Numbered from the stretch's first letter, positions 28,669 through 38,584 are shown. The stretch: DNA of 45,742 nucleotides from Hyphomicrobiales bacterium (GCA_015655535.1 JAATEW010000036.1:1-45742); one strand, 5' to 3'. Notes: generated by a model from the sequence alone, not told the origin. Translations and numbers: made by a program.

Positions 28669-30264
28669 TCAAGCTGCCTTCGCCACCTTGCTCAAAGGCA
28701 GTCTGGCGGGCTCCCATCCGGCCTCCGAAAGCGCATGCACGGACGGAAACTCTCCGCCCAGGAAGAGTGCGTGCAAAGCCGCTGTCTTGTCGCCCTCACC
28801 TGCTCCGACGCCCGCGACGATTTTATCGCCTTGAATATAATAGGCCATGAAATTGCCGGCGCCGAGATCGCCTTCGACATGAACAGCGTCGAATGTCTTG
28901 GTGAGCCCGACGAGGCTCAACATCCAATGCTGGCTCGTCCAAAAGAAAGGAATGCCGGCGAAAGGCGCCGCATCGCCGAGCATGGTGCGCGCCGCGTGGC
29001 GGCCCAATTGCTCCGCGAGCCGCCAATGCTCGATGCGAATATGGGCGCCCGACGCGAAATGACTCGGGAAAGACGCAATGTCACCCGCGACCCACAGGCC
29101 TTCGGCGGCTTTCAGCGTTGCGTCGCATGTGATGCCGCCATCTGGTGAAACGCTGGCGCCTTCGATGATCTCAATGCGCGGCTTAGCCCCCGTGCCAAGC
29201 AAAACGAGATCGGCCGGAATGAGTTCGCCCGAGGCGAGGCGAACGCCAGAGACCTTGCCGTCTTTTCCTTCGAGCGCCGTGACGGAAGCCTCAAGCCTTA
29301 TGTCCGTGCCGGCTGCGCGATGCGCCGCGACCAGAGCCTCGGCGATTTGGTCTCCGAACACGCGCGCGAAGGGCTTCGGGTCCGGCGTGACGACCGTTAC
29401 CAGCTTCTTCTCACCGGCAAAGACGGCCGCCGTCTCCATGCCGATGAAGCCGCTGCCGACGATGACAATGGCCTTGGCTTCGGATGCAGCAAGCTTGAGA
29501 CGGAGCCCGTCCGATTTGGAACGCAAAGTATAAACGCCCAAAAGATCCGTGCCCTTTATGTCGGGCACGCGTGAAGCGCATCCCGGCGCGGCAAGGCAGG
29601 CGTCATAGACGATGTCGGTGCCGTCCGCGAAGATGATCTTCTTGGCTGGCGCGTCGATCTTCGACACCGTGCGGTCGAGGATCAGCTCTATGCCTTTTTC
29701 GGCGAGCTTCTCTTTGCCGATGAGTTCCAGCTCCTCCATCGAGGTCTCGCCGGCAAGGAAAGATTTGGATAATGCCGTGCGGTCGTAGGGTGCGTCCTTC
29801 TCCATCGAGATCAATAGAATGCGCCCGTCATAGCCTTTCCGGCGCAATTCCTCGGCGCCCGCGCGGCCAGCTGCGCCCGCGCCGACGATGGCGAAGATTT
29901 TGTCGCTCTTATGCGCCGCGACGTCATTGATTTCGTCGCGATGTTCTTTGGCTGTCTGATCGTCCAACGAGACGGTGACGGCGCCGTTCTCAACCCTCGC
30001 GCTGAACGCGGTCAAGCGTCCCTCGCCCGGCGGTTCAAGATGTTCGCCCGAAGCCAGATCGAACATGGCGTGATGCCAGGGGCAAATCACCGACCCGCCG
30101 ACGCGCACGCCGTCTGCCAAGGGCGCGCCCTGATGCGTGCAATGGCCGCCGACCGCCATCACTTCATTGCCGTTTCGTGACAGAAGAAGGCAAATGCCCA
30201 TGACATCAAAGGCGCGCATACCGCCATCAGGAATGTCCGCCAATTCCGCGACGCGATGATCCAT
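28669..30264 (-). CDS. Rieske ferredoxin / FAD-NADH reductase fusion (AIF3-like)
   Basis: CTH...CPWH Rieske ligands; GAGAAG, YDRTALSK, GSGFIG, AGD, IEHWRLA and PFFWT. Confidence 0.9.
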   Translation of the reverse strand: MDHRVAELADIPDGGMRAFDVMGICLLLSRNGNEVMAVGGHCTHQGAPLADGVRVGGSVICPWHHAMFDLASGEHLEPPGEGRLTAFSARVENGAVTVSLDDQTAKEHRDEINDVAAHKSDKIFAIVGAGAAGRAGAEELRRKGYDGRILLISMEKDAPYDRTALSKSFLAGETSMEELELIGKEKLAEKGIELILDRTVSKIDAPAKKIIFADGTDIVYDACLAAPGCASRVPDIKGTDLLGVYTLRSKSDGLRLKLAASEAKAIVIVGSGFIGMETAAVFAGEKKLVTVVTPDPKPFARVFGDQIAEALVAAHRAAGTDIRLEASVTALEGKDGKVSGVRLASGELIPADLVLLGTGAKPRIEIIEGASVSPDGGITCDATLKAAEGLWVAGDIASFPSHFASGAHIRIEHWRLAEQLGRHAARTMLGDAAPFAGIPFFWTSQHWMLSLVGLTKTFDAVHVEGDLGAGNFMAYYIQGDKIVAGVGAGEGDKTAALHALFLGGEFPSVHALSEAGWEPARLPLSKVAKAA

Positions 30265-30302
30265 GTCCGGCCTCCGGTCCGAGCAACAAATAGCCGAACG
30301 AC

Positions 30303-30327
30303 AACGCTTCGCTATTGCAGCGGTTCC
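30303..30327 (-). promoter_or_regulatory. EcfG (general stress response sigma) type promoter GGAAC-N16-CGTT
   Basis: The minus strand reads GGAAC cgctgcaatagcgaag CGTT, 38 nt upstream of the 30264 ATG, with a GGAGG RBS in between. Confidence 0.75.
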
Positions 30328-30430
30328 TTCGCCGAAATCATAAGCTACGAATTTGACATCGCGGCATGGACCCCGTGGCGCCCGCGGCTACATACTCTAC
30401 CATAGCCCTATCATGGAGGATCAGCAGCCG

Positions 30431-31801
30431 ATGAATGCCAATTTCGATGCGATCGTCATCGGCGCCGGCCAGGCCGGGCCATCGCTCACCGGAAGGCTCA
30501 CCGCGGCGGGCATGACGGTCGCCATGGTCGAACGCAAACTCTTCGGCGGAACCTGCGTCAACACCGGCTGCACGCCGACGAAGACGCTTGTCGCCAGCGC
30601 CTATGCGGCGCATCTCGCGCGCCGCGCCGCCGATTACGGCGTGAATACCGGTCCGGTCTCGGTGGATATGGCGGCCGTGAAAGCGCGCAAGGATGCCGTC
30701 TCGAAAGCCTCGCGCGAGGGCGTCGAAGGCTGGCTTCGCCATATGGAGCGCTGCAGCGTTTATCACGGCCACGCACGATTCACATCGCCGAATTCGGTAC
30801 GGGTCGGAGATGATATTCTCACCGCGCCGCGCATCTTCGTCAATGTCGGCGGACGCGCGCGCATCCCGGCGATGCCGGGTCTGGATCAAGTCAAGATCCT
30901 GACCAATACCAGCCTTCTCGACCTCGACGCCCTGCCCCGGCATCTTGTGATCATCGGCGGCAGCTATATCGGGCTGGAATTCGCGCAAATCTACCGGCGC
31001 CTTGGAAGCCAAGTGACGGTGATCGAAATGATGCCGCGCCTTATCGCCCGCGAGGACGAGGATGTATCGGTGGCGGTGAAAGACATTCTCGAAGCAGAAG
31101 GCATATCGGTCCGGCTCGGCGCCGAATGCGTCCGTTTTGAAGCGCGCGGCGAAAATATAGCCGCTGGCGTCAATTGCGGATCGGGCGAGCCGGAAGTCAT
31201 CGGCAGCCATCTGTTGATGGCCGTCGGGAGGCTGCCCAATACCGACGATCTCGGCCTCGAAGCGGCCGGCGTCGCGATGGACAAGCGCGGCTATATCGTC
31301 ACGGACGATCAGCTCCAAACCAATGTGCCGGGCATCTGGGCCCTGGGCGATTGCAACGGCCGAGGCGCCTTCACCCATACGGCCTATAATGATTTCGAGA
31401 TCGTAGCCGGCAATTTGCTCGACGGCGAAGCGCGGAAGGTCAGCGACAGGATCCTGGGCTATGCGCTCTATGTCGACCCGCCGCTCGGGCGCGTCGGCAT
31501 GACCGAGACCGCGGCGCGTGGCGCGGGGCATAAGGTTCGCGTCGGCATGCGGCCTATGACGCGCGTCGCGCGCGCGATCGAAAAAGGCGAGACGCAGGGC
31601 TTCATGAAGCTCGTTGTCGATGCGGATACAAATCAGATTCTCGGGGCGGCCATCCTCGGCACCGGCGGCGACGAGGCCGTGCATGGCGTGATCGACATCA
31701 TGAACGCCAAGGCGCCTTACACCGTTTTGCAGCACGCCGTGCCGATCCATCCGACGGTCTCGGAACTCATCCCGACTGTGCTCGGCGAGTTGAAACCGTG
31801 A
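30431..31801 (+). CDS. Flavin disulfide reductase (class I pyridine nucleotide-disulfide oxidoreductase; MerA/RclA-like, lacking the MerA C-terminal CC)
   Basis: IGAGQAG, GGTCVNTGCTPTK (CxxxxC), GGSYIG, LGDC and IHPTVSE; start at ATG 30431. Confidence 0.9.
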   Translation: MNANFDAIVIGAGQAGPSLTGRLTAAGMTVAMVERKLFGGTCVNTGCTPTKTLVASAYAAHLARRAADYGVNTGPVSVDMAAVKARKDAVSKASREGVEGWLRHMERCSVYHGHARFTSPNSVRVGDDILTAPRIFVNVGGRARIPAMPGLDQVKILTNTSLLDLDALPRHLVIIGGSYIGLEFAQIYRRLGSQVTVIEMMPRLIAREDEDVSVAVKDILEAEGISVRLGAECVRFEARGENIAAGVNCGSGEPEVIGSHLLMAVGRLPNTDDLGLEAAGVAMDKRGYIVTDDQLQTNVPGIWALGDCNGRGAFTHTAYNDFEIVAGNLLDGEARKVSDRILGYALYVDPPLGRVGMTETAARGAGHKVRVGMRPMTRVARAIEKGETQGFMKLVVDADTNQILGAAILGTGGDEAVHGVIDIMNAKAPYTVLQHAVPIHPTVSELIPTVLGELKP

Positions 31802-31805
31802 CGCC

Positions 31806-33263
31806 TCAATAGGCTTCCTGCTTCAGAACCTCGAAAGCGGTTTTCAGTAGGATGAAGACATCGAGCCAAAGCGACCAATTGTTGATGTACCAAATGTCGA
31901 ACTCGACGCGCCTTTGCATGCGCTCCAAATAGGCTGTTTCGCCACGCAGGCCATTGATCTGAGCCCAGCCGGTAATGCCGGGTTTGACATGGTGCCGGAA
32001 GCAATAGGTTTCGATCAGAGATTTATATTGATCGTCATGGGCAAGCGCGTGGGGGCGTGGGCCGACGAGCGACATATTCCCCTTCAGGACATTGAACAGT
32101 TGCGGCAGCTCATCGATGCTGGCGCGCCGCAGCAAGCGTCCAACGCGCGTCACGCGCGGATCCTGACGCCGTGCCTGCGTGATCTTTTGACCGTCTTCGA
32201 GGACCCGCATGGTTCTGAATTTATAAATGCTGAACTGGCGCTGGTCGAAGCCGTTACGCCGCTGCCGGAAGATGATCGGTCCCTCGGTGTCGAGCCTGAT
32301 TGCCAGGGCCGTGACGGCGAAGACCGGCAACAGCATAAAAATCGCGACCGACGCCAAAGTCACATCGACAAACCGCTTCGCCGCGCGCTCCGCGACGGTC
32401 ATCGGCGCGCGCTGCATTTCGACGGTAATCGCAGAGCTGATTGATGAATCCGTGCGCCTCCCGCCGATCGCGGCGCGCACGACGCGATCGGGAAGAAGCC
32501 TCGCCGGCAATGGCGAATTGCGCAAAGCATCGCTGATTTCGCCGAGCAGTCGGGTTTGACTCCATCCGACCGCGATAACGAATTCCTCGGCTTGCGATTG
32601 GCGCGCGAGATTCACCGCCTTTTCGAGGGCAAGACGGCGTGCGTCATCCGCCACATCCGCCGCGTCGAGGACGATGCGACCGACTTCCTTCAATCCGAAC
32701 TGATGCAGAAGATTGGCCGCGTTGAGCTGTCCGAGTTCATCGACATCGCCGATCACGACCGCGGCACGGCCAGCGATCGAATGGCTCGCGATCTTCGAGC
32801 GCACCACGACGGCCGCCATAGACCTTGTTGCGAGAAGCAGCGGCAATTCGAAAATCGAAAAGGTGAGAAACGAGCCTCTTGAGAGATCGGCGCCGACCTT
32901 GAGCAGAAAAAGAATGGCGGTCAGCACCAAGAGTCCGAAAGCCCAGACCATGGCGACTTTTGTGAAATTGCGGGTGGGATCGAGAATTTGCGGCAGCCGG
33001 TAAAGCTCGGCCGAACGCGCGAGGGACAGATGGATGAGAGCCGCCATCAAGCCGACGCCGGTCGCGACATCTATCGCAAAGGTCCCGCCCAGCCAGAAGC
33101 GCTGATAAATGGCCTGGCCGATGATGCTCGCTGCGATAATGCCCACGGCCTCGGTCAGGCCTACGAGCTGGGCTATGGCCTGATACGAGAAGCGAAGCTG
33201 CGGAACGAGACCCCAAACTCGCTCTGACGCTTCCAACCCATTGAAAGTGGACTGAACGCCCAT
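31806..33263 (-). CDS. wcaJ: Undecaprenyl-phosphate glucose phosphotransferase (priming glycosyltransferase)
   Basis: Four N-terminal TM segments, [53 protein letters not shown] and [13 protein letters not shown]. Confidence 0.92.
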   Translation of the reverse strand: MGVQSTFNGLEASERVWGLVPQLRFSYQAIAQLVGLTEAVGIIAASIIGQAIYQRFWLGGTFAIDVATGVGLMAALIHLSLARSAELYRLPQILDPTRNFTKVAMVWAFGLLVLTAILFLLKVGADLSRGSFLTFSIFELPLLLATRSMAAVVVRSKIASHSIAGRAAVVIGDVDELGQLNAANLLHQFGLKEVGRIVLDAADVADDARRLALEKAVNLARQSQAEEFVIAVGWSQTRLLGEISDALRNSPLPARLLPDRVVRAAIGGRRTDSSISSAITVEMQRAPMTVAERAAKRFVDVTLASVAIFMLLPVFAVTALAIRLDTEGPIIFRQRRNGFDQRQFSIYKFRTMRVLEDGQKITQARRQDPRVTRVGRLLRRASIDELPQLFNVLKGNMSLVGPRPHALAHDDQYKSLIETYCFRHHVKPGITGWAQINGLRGETAYLERMQRRVEFDIWYINNWSLWLDVFILLKTAFEVLKQEAY

Positions 33264-33277
33264 AAATGCAACTCATG

Positions 33278-33293
33278 GTTAACATATTGTTAA
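33278..33293 (-). promoter_or_regulatory. CtrA binding site TTAA-N7-TTAAC
   Basis: The minus strand reads TTAA caatatg TTAAC, an exact consensus ending 14 nt before the wcaJ ATG, within an AT-rich gap. Confidence 0.7.
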
Positions 33294-33474
33294 GCATCGA
33301 GTTACCATTTTTGGTACAAAGCAACAAGAATTACGGTGTTAATATACCGATGCAGCCTAAACTTTGTCATGTCATGTGCAAATGGCACGAACGTCCAATC
33401 AATACGGTATTTTAACCGAATGCACTTTGCGCTGATTGGAACCTGTCTGAAATAAAGACAGTGGAACGAAGCCC

Positions 33475-34017
33475 TTATCTCTTTTTTGGAATGATCAGAT
33501 CGCTCGCATCGCGAATGGATGCACAGACTGCGGCGCCGATGCCGTGAGCATAGTCGACCTCCCCGGCCCCGTATCCCGTGGTGACGAGAATGCCGCGAGC
33601 GCCGACGGCGGTGGCGAGATCGAGATCGGCGCGTTTGTCGCCAATGACGAAGGATTGGCGCGGATCGAGATCGAGGTCGCGACAGGCGGCCTCGATCATC
33701 CCCGGCAGCGGCTTGCGGCAATTGCAGGCCATGTCGGGCGCATGAGGGCAGACGTACCAGGCCGAAATCTCGATGCCCTGCTCTTTCAAAAGCGCCTCAG
33801 TGCGCGAATTGACGGCATCGAGCTGGTCCATCGTGAAATAGCCGCGCCCCACGCCCGATTGATTGGAGACGACGACAAGCGGCAGATTTTGCTTTTGCAG
33901 CCGGCGCAGGCCTTCGACGACGCCATCCAGCAATTCGACTTGCGCCGGATCGGCCAGATAGTTTTTTTCAACGATGATGGTGCCGTCGCGATCAAGAAAA
34001 ACGGCGGGACGGCTCAC
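33475..34017 (-). CDS. gmhB: D-glycero-D-manno-heptose 1,7-bisphosphate phosphatase
   Basis: FLDRDGT, SNQSGVGRG, CPH...CNCRKP and IGDK; the GTG start overlaps the hldD stop (GTGA). Confidence 0.92.
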   Translation of the reverse strand: MSRPAVFLDRDGTIIVEKNYLADPAQVELLDGVVEGLRRLQKQNLPLVVVSNQSGVGRGYFTMDQLDAVNSRTEALLKEQGIEISAWYVCPHAPDMACNCRKPLPGMIEAACRDLDLDPRQSFVIGDKRADLDLATAVGARGILVTTGYGAGEVDYAHGIGAAVCASIRDASDLIIPKKR

Positions 34018-35000
34018 CTGTAACGGTCCTCTTGAAGCAGATGGCATTCGAGATAGTCCTCGATGGCCTTTTCGAGCGTCAGGAACTCGAACTTCATGCC
34101 GAGGGATCTCGCCTTCGCCATATCGGCTTCTGTGAAATATTGATAGCGGTCGCGAATGAGTTCCGGCATGTCGATGAACTCGATGTCGACGCGCTTATTG
34201 AGCCGCGCGAGAAGCACTTGCGCAATGTCCAGAAAGGAACGCGCGACCCCCGTGCCTAAATTGAAAATGCCGCTGATATTCGGATTTTCGAGGAACCAGA
34301 GGACGGCGCGCGTGCAATCCTTCACATAGACGAAATCGCGTCTCTGATCGCCATGCGCGATGTTCGCGCGATAGGACTTGAACAGACGCAGGTGCTCGCC
34401 CGCTTGAACGGTGTCGAACAGCTTGACGATGACGCTGCGCATATCGTCCTTGTGATATTCGTTCGGCCCAAAAACGTTGAAGAACTTGAGGCCCACCCAT
34501 TGCGGCGGTTTCGGCAGCCCGACAGCGACACGGCCTGCGAATATGTCGTCGACGGCCTTCTTGCTCCAGCCATAGGCATTGAGCGGCCGCAGCGCCTGGA
34601 GCGAAGCGGGATCGTCGCGATCGAAAAACCCGGATTCCTTGCCGCCATATGTTGCCGCCGAGGACGCATAAATGAATGGAACCTGCGTCTTGGCGCACCA
34701 ATCCCATAAAGCGACGCTGTAGCGAATATTCAGCGCCGCGAGCTTGTCCACGTCGCGCTCGGTCGTCGCCGAAATCGCGCCCATGTGAATGACGGCTTTG
34801 ACGCCCGAGGGATTGGTGTCGAGGAAATCGAGGATCTTTTCCGGTTCGACGAAGGCGGCGACCGAGCGTTTGGTGAGATTGCGCCATTTCTCTCCGGTGC
34901 CGAACCAGTCGACGACGGCGACGGGTCCTTTCCCTGCGCCTTCCAGATCGGCGACGATATTCGAACCGATGAAGCCCGCCGCGCCTGTAACGACGATCAT
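34014..35000 (-). CDS. hldD: ADP-L-glycero-D-manno-heptose 6-epimerase
   Basis: MIVVTGAAGFIGSN, HMGAISATTE, YASSAATYG, PLNAYGWSK, FFNVFGPNEYHK and YQYFTEAD. Confidence 0.95.
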   Translation of the reverse strand: MIVVTGAAGFIGSNIVADLEGAGKGPVAVVDWFGTGEKWRNLTKRSVAAFVEPEKILDFLDTNPSGVKAVIHMGAISATTERDVDKLAALNIRYSVALWDWCAKTQVPFIYASSAATYGGKESGFFDRDDPASLQALRPLNAYGWSKKAVDDIFAGRVAVGLPKPPQWVGLKFFNVFGPNEYHKDDMRSVIVKLFDTVQAGEHLRLFKSYRANIAHGDQRRDFVYVKDCTRAVLWFLENPNISGIFNLGTGVARSFLDIAQVLLARLNKRVDIEFIDMPELIRDRYQYFTEADMAKARSLGMKFEFLTLEKAIEDYLECHLLQEDRYR

Positions 35001-36466
35001 TTCGCGCTCCCGCCGCCCACCGAGGCGATCAGTTTCGTGGTGCTGCGATCGGGAACCAGTTCGCATCGGAGCACGGAACCGCCGTGGCTCAAAATGAAGT
35101 CCGCACCGACGATGTCCTTGAGTTCATAATCGGCGCCCTTCACCAAGACATCCGGTATGATGTGCTCGATGATGTTCTGCGGTGTGTCCTGATCGAAGAC
35201 GATCACCGCGTCGACCATATTCAGCGCGGCGATCAAATGCGCCCTGTCGGTTTCCGAATTGACCGGCCGCGTCGGACCTTTCAGCCGCCGGGTCGAGGCA
35301 TCGCTGTTCAAGCCGACGATCAGGCGGTCGCAATTGGCTCTGGCGAAGTTCAGCAGTCTGAGATGGCCGACATGGAGAATGTCGAAACAGCCGTTCGTGA
35401 AGCCGATGCGCAGGCCGTCGCGGCGCCATAAGGCAACGCGCGAGCCTGCTTCGCTCCATGACAAAAGACGCGCCTCGAAACCCGATTCGTGAAACCGCTC
35501 CAATTGGGAAAATTCATCCAGAAGTTCGGTTCGCGTGACCGTGGCGGTCCCGTGCTTTCCGACCGCGATCCCCGCCGCTGTATTGGCGAGAAAGGCCGCG
35601 TCTTCCAAACCTGTTGCCGCGCCGAGCGCCAACGAAAGCGTTGCGATGACCGTATCGCCCGCGCCGACCACGTCGGAGACGTCTCTCGCCGAGGCCGCTA
35701 TATGGACCGGCGGCGTTTTGCGGGTGATGAGCGTCATGCCCTTCTCGCCCCGCGTGACCAATATGCTTTCGATGGTCGTGCGTTGCAAAATGCTCTGCCC
35801 CGCGGCCACGGCCGTTTCGTCGTCGATGGACGGATCGAGACCTGTCGCCGCCTGAACCTCTTTCGAGTTGGGCGTAATCAACGTCGCGCCGGAATAACGT
35901 TCGAGCCGTGCCGATTTCGGATCGACAATCACAGGCACGCCATGTTCGCGCGCGGAGCGGATAACGCCGCCGATCACACGATCGGTCAGGACACCTTTGG
36001 CGTAATCGGACAAGATGACGACATGATGCTCCGGCAAAAGCGCCTGGGCGGTGGTGAGAAGCTCGTCTTCCAGTTCGGCAGGCACGCCGTCGGCGCATTC
36101 GCGATCGGCGCGGATGATGTGTTGGCCTTGTGCGACATAGCGGATTTTTTCAGTCGTTGGACGATTTGCGGCTTGAATAAGCCTGATCGAAATCCGCGGA
36201 TCCTCGCCCAACGCGGCGATGAGATCCTGGCCTGCCTCGTCTTTTCCGATCAGGCCAATAAGCGTGCATTGACCGCTCAAAGCGCTTATGTTGCGCGCGA
36301 CATTGGCGGCGCCGCCAGGAATCGCAGTCGCGGTGTTGATCGAAATCACCGGCACCGGGCTTTCGGGCGAGATACGTTTCACATCGCCGCCGATGAAACG
36401 GTCGAGCATGACGTCGCCGATGCAAAGAATTTTGACCGAGGTAAACTTATCTATCACTGACATCAT
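34997..36466 (-). CDS. hldE: Bifunctional heptose 7-phosphate kinase / heptose 1-phosphate adenylyltransferase
   Basis: GDVMLD, RISPESPVP, GGAANVA, SDYAKG and DVVGAGD; C-terminal FTNGCFDILHVGH and LVKGADY. Confidence 0.95.
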   Translation of the reverse strand: MMSVIDKFTSVKILCIGDVMLDRFIGGDVKRISPESPVPVISINTATAIPGGAANVARNISALSGQCTLIGLIGKDEAGQDLIAALGEDPRISIRLIQAANRPTTEKIRYVAQGQHIIRADRECADGVPAELEDELLTTAQALLPEHHVVILSDYAKGVLTDRVIGGVIRSAREHGVPVIVDPKSARLERYSGATLITPNSKEVQAATGLDPSIDDETAVAAGQSILQRTTIESILVTRGEKGMTLITRKTPPVHIAASARDVSDVVGAGDTVIATLSLALGAATGLEDAAFLANTAAGIAVGKHGTATVTRTELLDEFSQLERFHESGFEARLLSWSEAGSRVALWRRDGLRIGFTNGCFDILHVGHLRLLNFARANCDRLIVGLNSDASTRRLKGPTRPVNSETDRAHLIAALNMVDAVIVFDQDTPQNIIEHIIPDVLVKGADYELKDIVGADFILSHGGSVLRCELVPDRSTTKLIASVGGGSAK

Positions 36467-36681
36467 TGACCTTGGGCAATGGAGGCGGGATGCCCGGACG
36501 GCTCGCCTGCTGATTATTAGCCTTGTTGCAATTTGGGTGCAAAAACACCAGTTCTTTGCTGTCGCAGGCGCGTTTTCGCCGGTTAGAATGTTCGTTTCAA
36601 GGTGAATCTATATTACGTTCTAACATTTTGTTTTAACGCATGATCTCCCGACAAAGGCCGGCCGTTTTTCAGGGACGGGTT

Positions 36682-38565
36682 CTAATGTCCCTGCTTTTCG
36701 AGCCCAGGCGGCAAGGCAAGCGCGGTCCCGCAGGCTTTTGACAGAGCCGCCCCCAATTTGGTGCGCTTATCGTCATCGACGATTGTCAATTGCGCATTGG
36801 ACGCGATCCCTAAAGCCGTCGCCTGATCGTAGCCGAACCGCGCGACGCTGTAATGCGCGCAGAGATAATCGATGCTAGGTTCGGTCAAACCCGTGAGTTC
36901 GATCACTTTCGGACGATTGCGCAGAAAAGGATCGTTCCGGACGAGGTCTTCCGCGAAAAACAGTCTCGATTTATCGACGACGACAATATCCGTCGGTGCT
37001 TGCTGGATCAGATTCATGGCGCGGACGTAAGGTGCCACATAATCATGTGCCTGTTTCATATGGGCGGGCAGCAGCATGAACACGGCGAAGGCGCTGCAGA
37101 CGGCGAGCATCGTCCGGCTGGCGCCCATCTCGGCTCTATCCTGGCGATCGGTCAATGCGATCCAGCCATAGCCGCCGAGAAGCGCGGCGCTGCCGATCAA
37201 CCCATGGATATACCTATAACCCCAGCCATAGGCCTGATTGGGAAGCAAAAAGAACATGGCCGCCGTGGTCAGAAGCAATCCGGCAATCAAAGGCCCCGAT
37301 ATGGCGGTGCCGCGGCGGATCGCAGGATAGGCAAGGCAGGCCAAGGGCAGAAGCGCCGGATTTTGCCACGATACAAACCGCAGGATGTTCTTCAACATCA
37401 AGCCCGCGCCGGCCCAGTGGAAATCCGTCAGAAGCGCCAGGGCGCGAATGACGAAATACATGGGGCCCGTATCTTCGGTCGCTTCCGGCGACAGGCCTTC
37501 CGAAGCCAAGACAATCTTCCAATAGGCGATCCAAAAGAGACAGATGACCGCATAGCTGAGAATATAGAAACAAGCGAGCTTGCGCCGCTTCGACTCCCAG
37601 AGCTGGACGATGAAGGGCAGCACGAACAAGGGATGAAAAATGAGCTGATGCAGTCCCGAGGCGAGAAACCCGGTGACGATGGCGGCTCCATGCCCGATCT
37701 TATCGTTGCGCAGAAAAAACCAGAGCCAGATCATATTCAGCGCCAGATGCCCGGTCATCGCATAGCTGGTCATGGAAGTGACAAGCACTTGCGGAGACGT
37801 CGCAACCAGAAGCATGCTGACAAAGGCGGCATCCGGACGGTCCGGCCACAGGCGCCGGGCAACCCCGAAGGTGGCTATGATGGCGCAAGCCGCCAAGAGC
37901 GGACTCGTCCAATTGGGGTCGCCGATCAAACCGACAAGCGCGCGGAAACCCGCATTGACCGGGAGATAGCCCGAGACCCATCCGGCGCCCCCATAGATCG
38001 GAAGCATCAGCCTGGGTGCGAGTGCATTTGCGAAAATCTGCCAATCCGGTGCGATCGGCGCAACCGGCCTGCCCGAGCGAAAAATGATGGCATCGAATTC
38101 GGCCAGGATTTCATCGCGGGATACATAATAGGCGTCGAAAACGAAATGCGTGCCGGCCACGCCCAAAGCGAACACGAAAATCGTGAGGCCTATGACGACG
38201 GCACGGCGGTGCCGAAGCAGGAACATTCCGATTTCAGGTCCAAGGATCGGCAAGGGCGCGACGGCAAGTCCCGCGAGCAAAAGCGCGATCACAGCCAGCC
38301 AGAAGGCATCCTGCGTGCGAAACAGGAAATCGGCCAGCCCGACATAGTGAGGCTGGCCGAAGCTTTCGATATAGGGCTGCGCGAATGCGCAGGCGATGAT
38401 CGTACCTATGCCGATCGCCAGAGCGCATGCGATCAGCGCAAGCCGCAATTCGCGCGGCAGCGGAACGGCGATCCTGCCTTTGCCGAAATCGATGCGGGCG
38501 GAAGAAAAACTGAGCATGTTATGATGACGGTGCGTAAAATTGCTTAAGAAAGGAAGATGCGGCAT
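36682..38565 (-). CDS. Polytopic GT-C fold (ArnT/PMT-like) glycosyltransferase
   Basis: More than 12 TM segments, a periplasmic loop with the acidic pair SRDE after an early TM, YLPVNA, G.RY near the C-terminal TMs and a soluble C-terminal tail; follows a DPM1-like GT2. Start uncertain. Confidence 0.65.
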   Translation of the reverse strand: MPHLPFLSNFTHRHHNMLSFSSARIDFGKGRIAVPLPRELRLALIACALAIGIGTIIACAFAQPYIESFGQPHYVGLADFLFRTQDAFWLAVIALLLAGLAVAPLPILGPEIGMFLLRHRRAVVIGLTIFVFALGVAGTHFVFDAYYVSRDEILAEFDAIIFRSGRPVAPIAPDWQIFANALAPRLMLPIYGGAGWVSGYLPVNAGFRALVGLIGDPNWTSPLLAACAIIATFGVARRLWPDRPDAAFVSMLLVATSPQVLVTSMTSYAMTGHLALNMIWLWFFLRNDKIGHGAAIVTGFLASGLHQLIFHPLFVLPFIVQLWESKRRKLACFYILSYAVICLFWIAYWKIVLASEGLSPEATEDTGPMYFVIRALALLTDFHWAGAGLMLKNILRFVSWQNPALLPLACLAYPAIRRGTAISGPLIAGLLLTTAAMFFLLPNQAYGWGYRYIHGLIGSAALLGGYGWIALTDRQDRAEMGASRTMLAVCSAFAVFMLLPAHMKQAHDYVAPYVRAMNLIQQAPTDIVVVDKSRLFFAEDLVRNDPFLRNRPKVIELTGLTEPSIDYLCAHYSVARFGYDQATALGIASNAQLTIVDDDKRTKLGAALSKACGTALALPPGLEKQGH

Positions 38566-38584
38566 TTGCTTCGTCGCGGGCCTA

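Noticed and set aside
30431-31801. Calling this gene merA or lpdA
   Set aside because: It lacks the MerA C-terminal Cys pair and any mer or 2-oxoacid dehydrogenase context.
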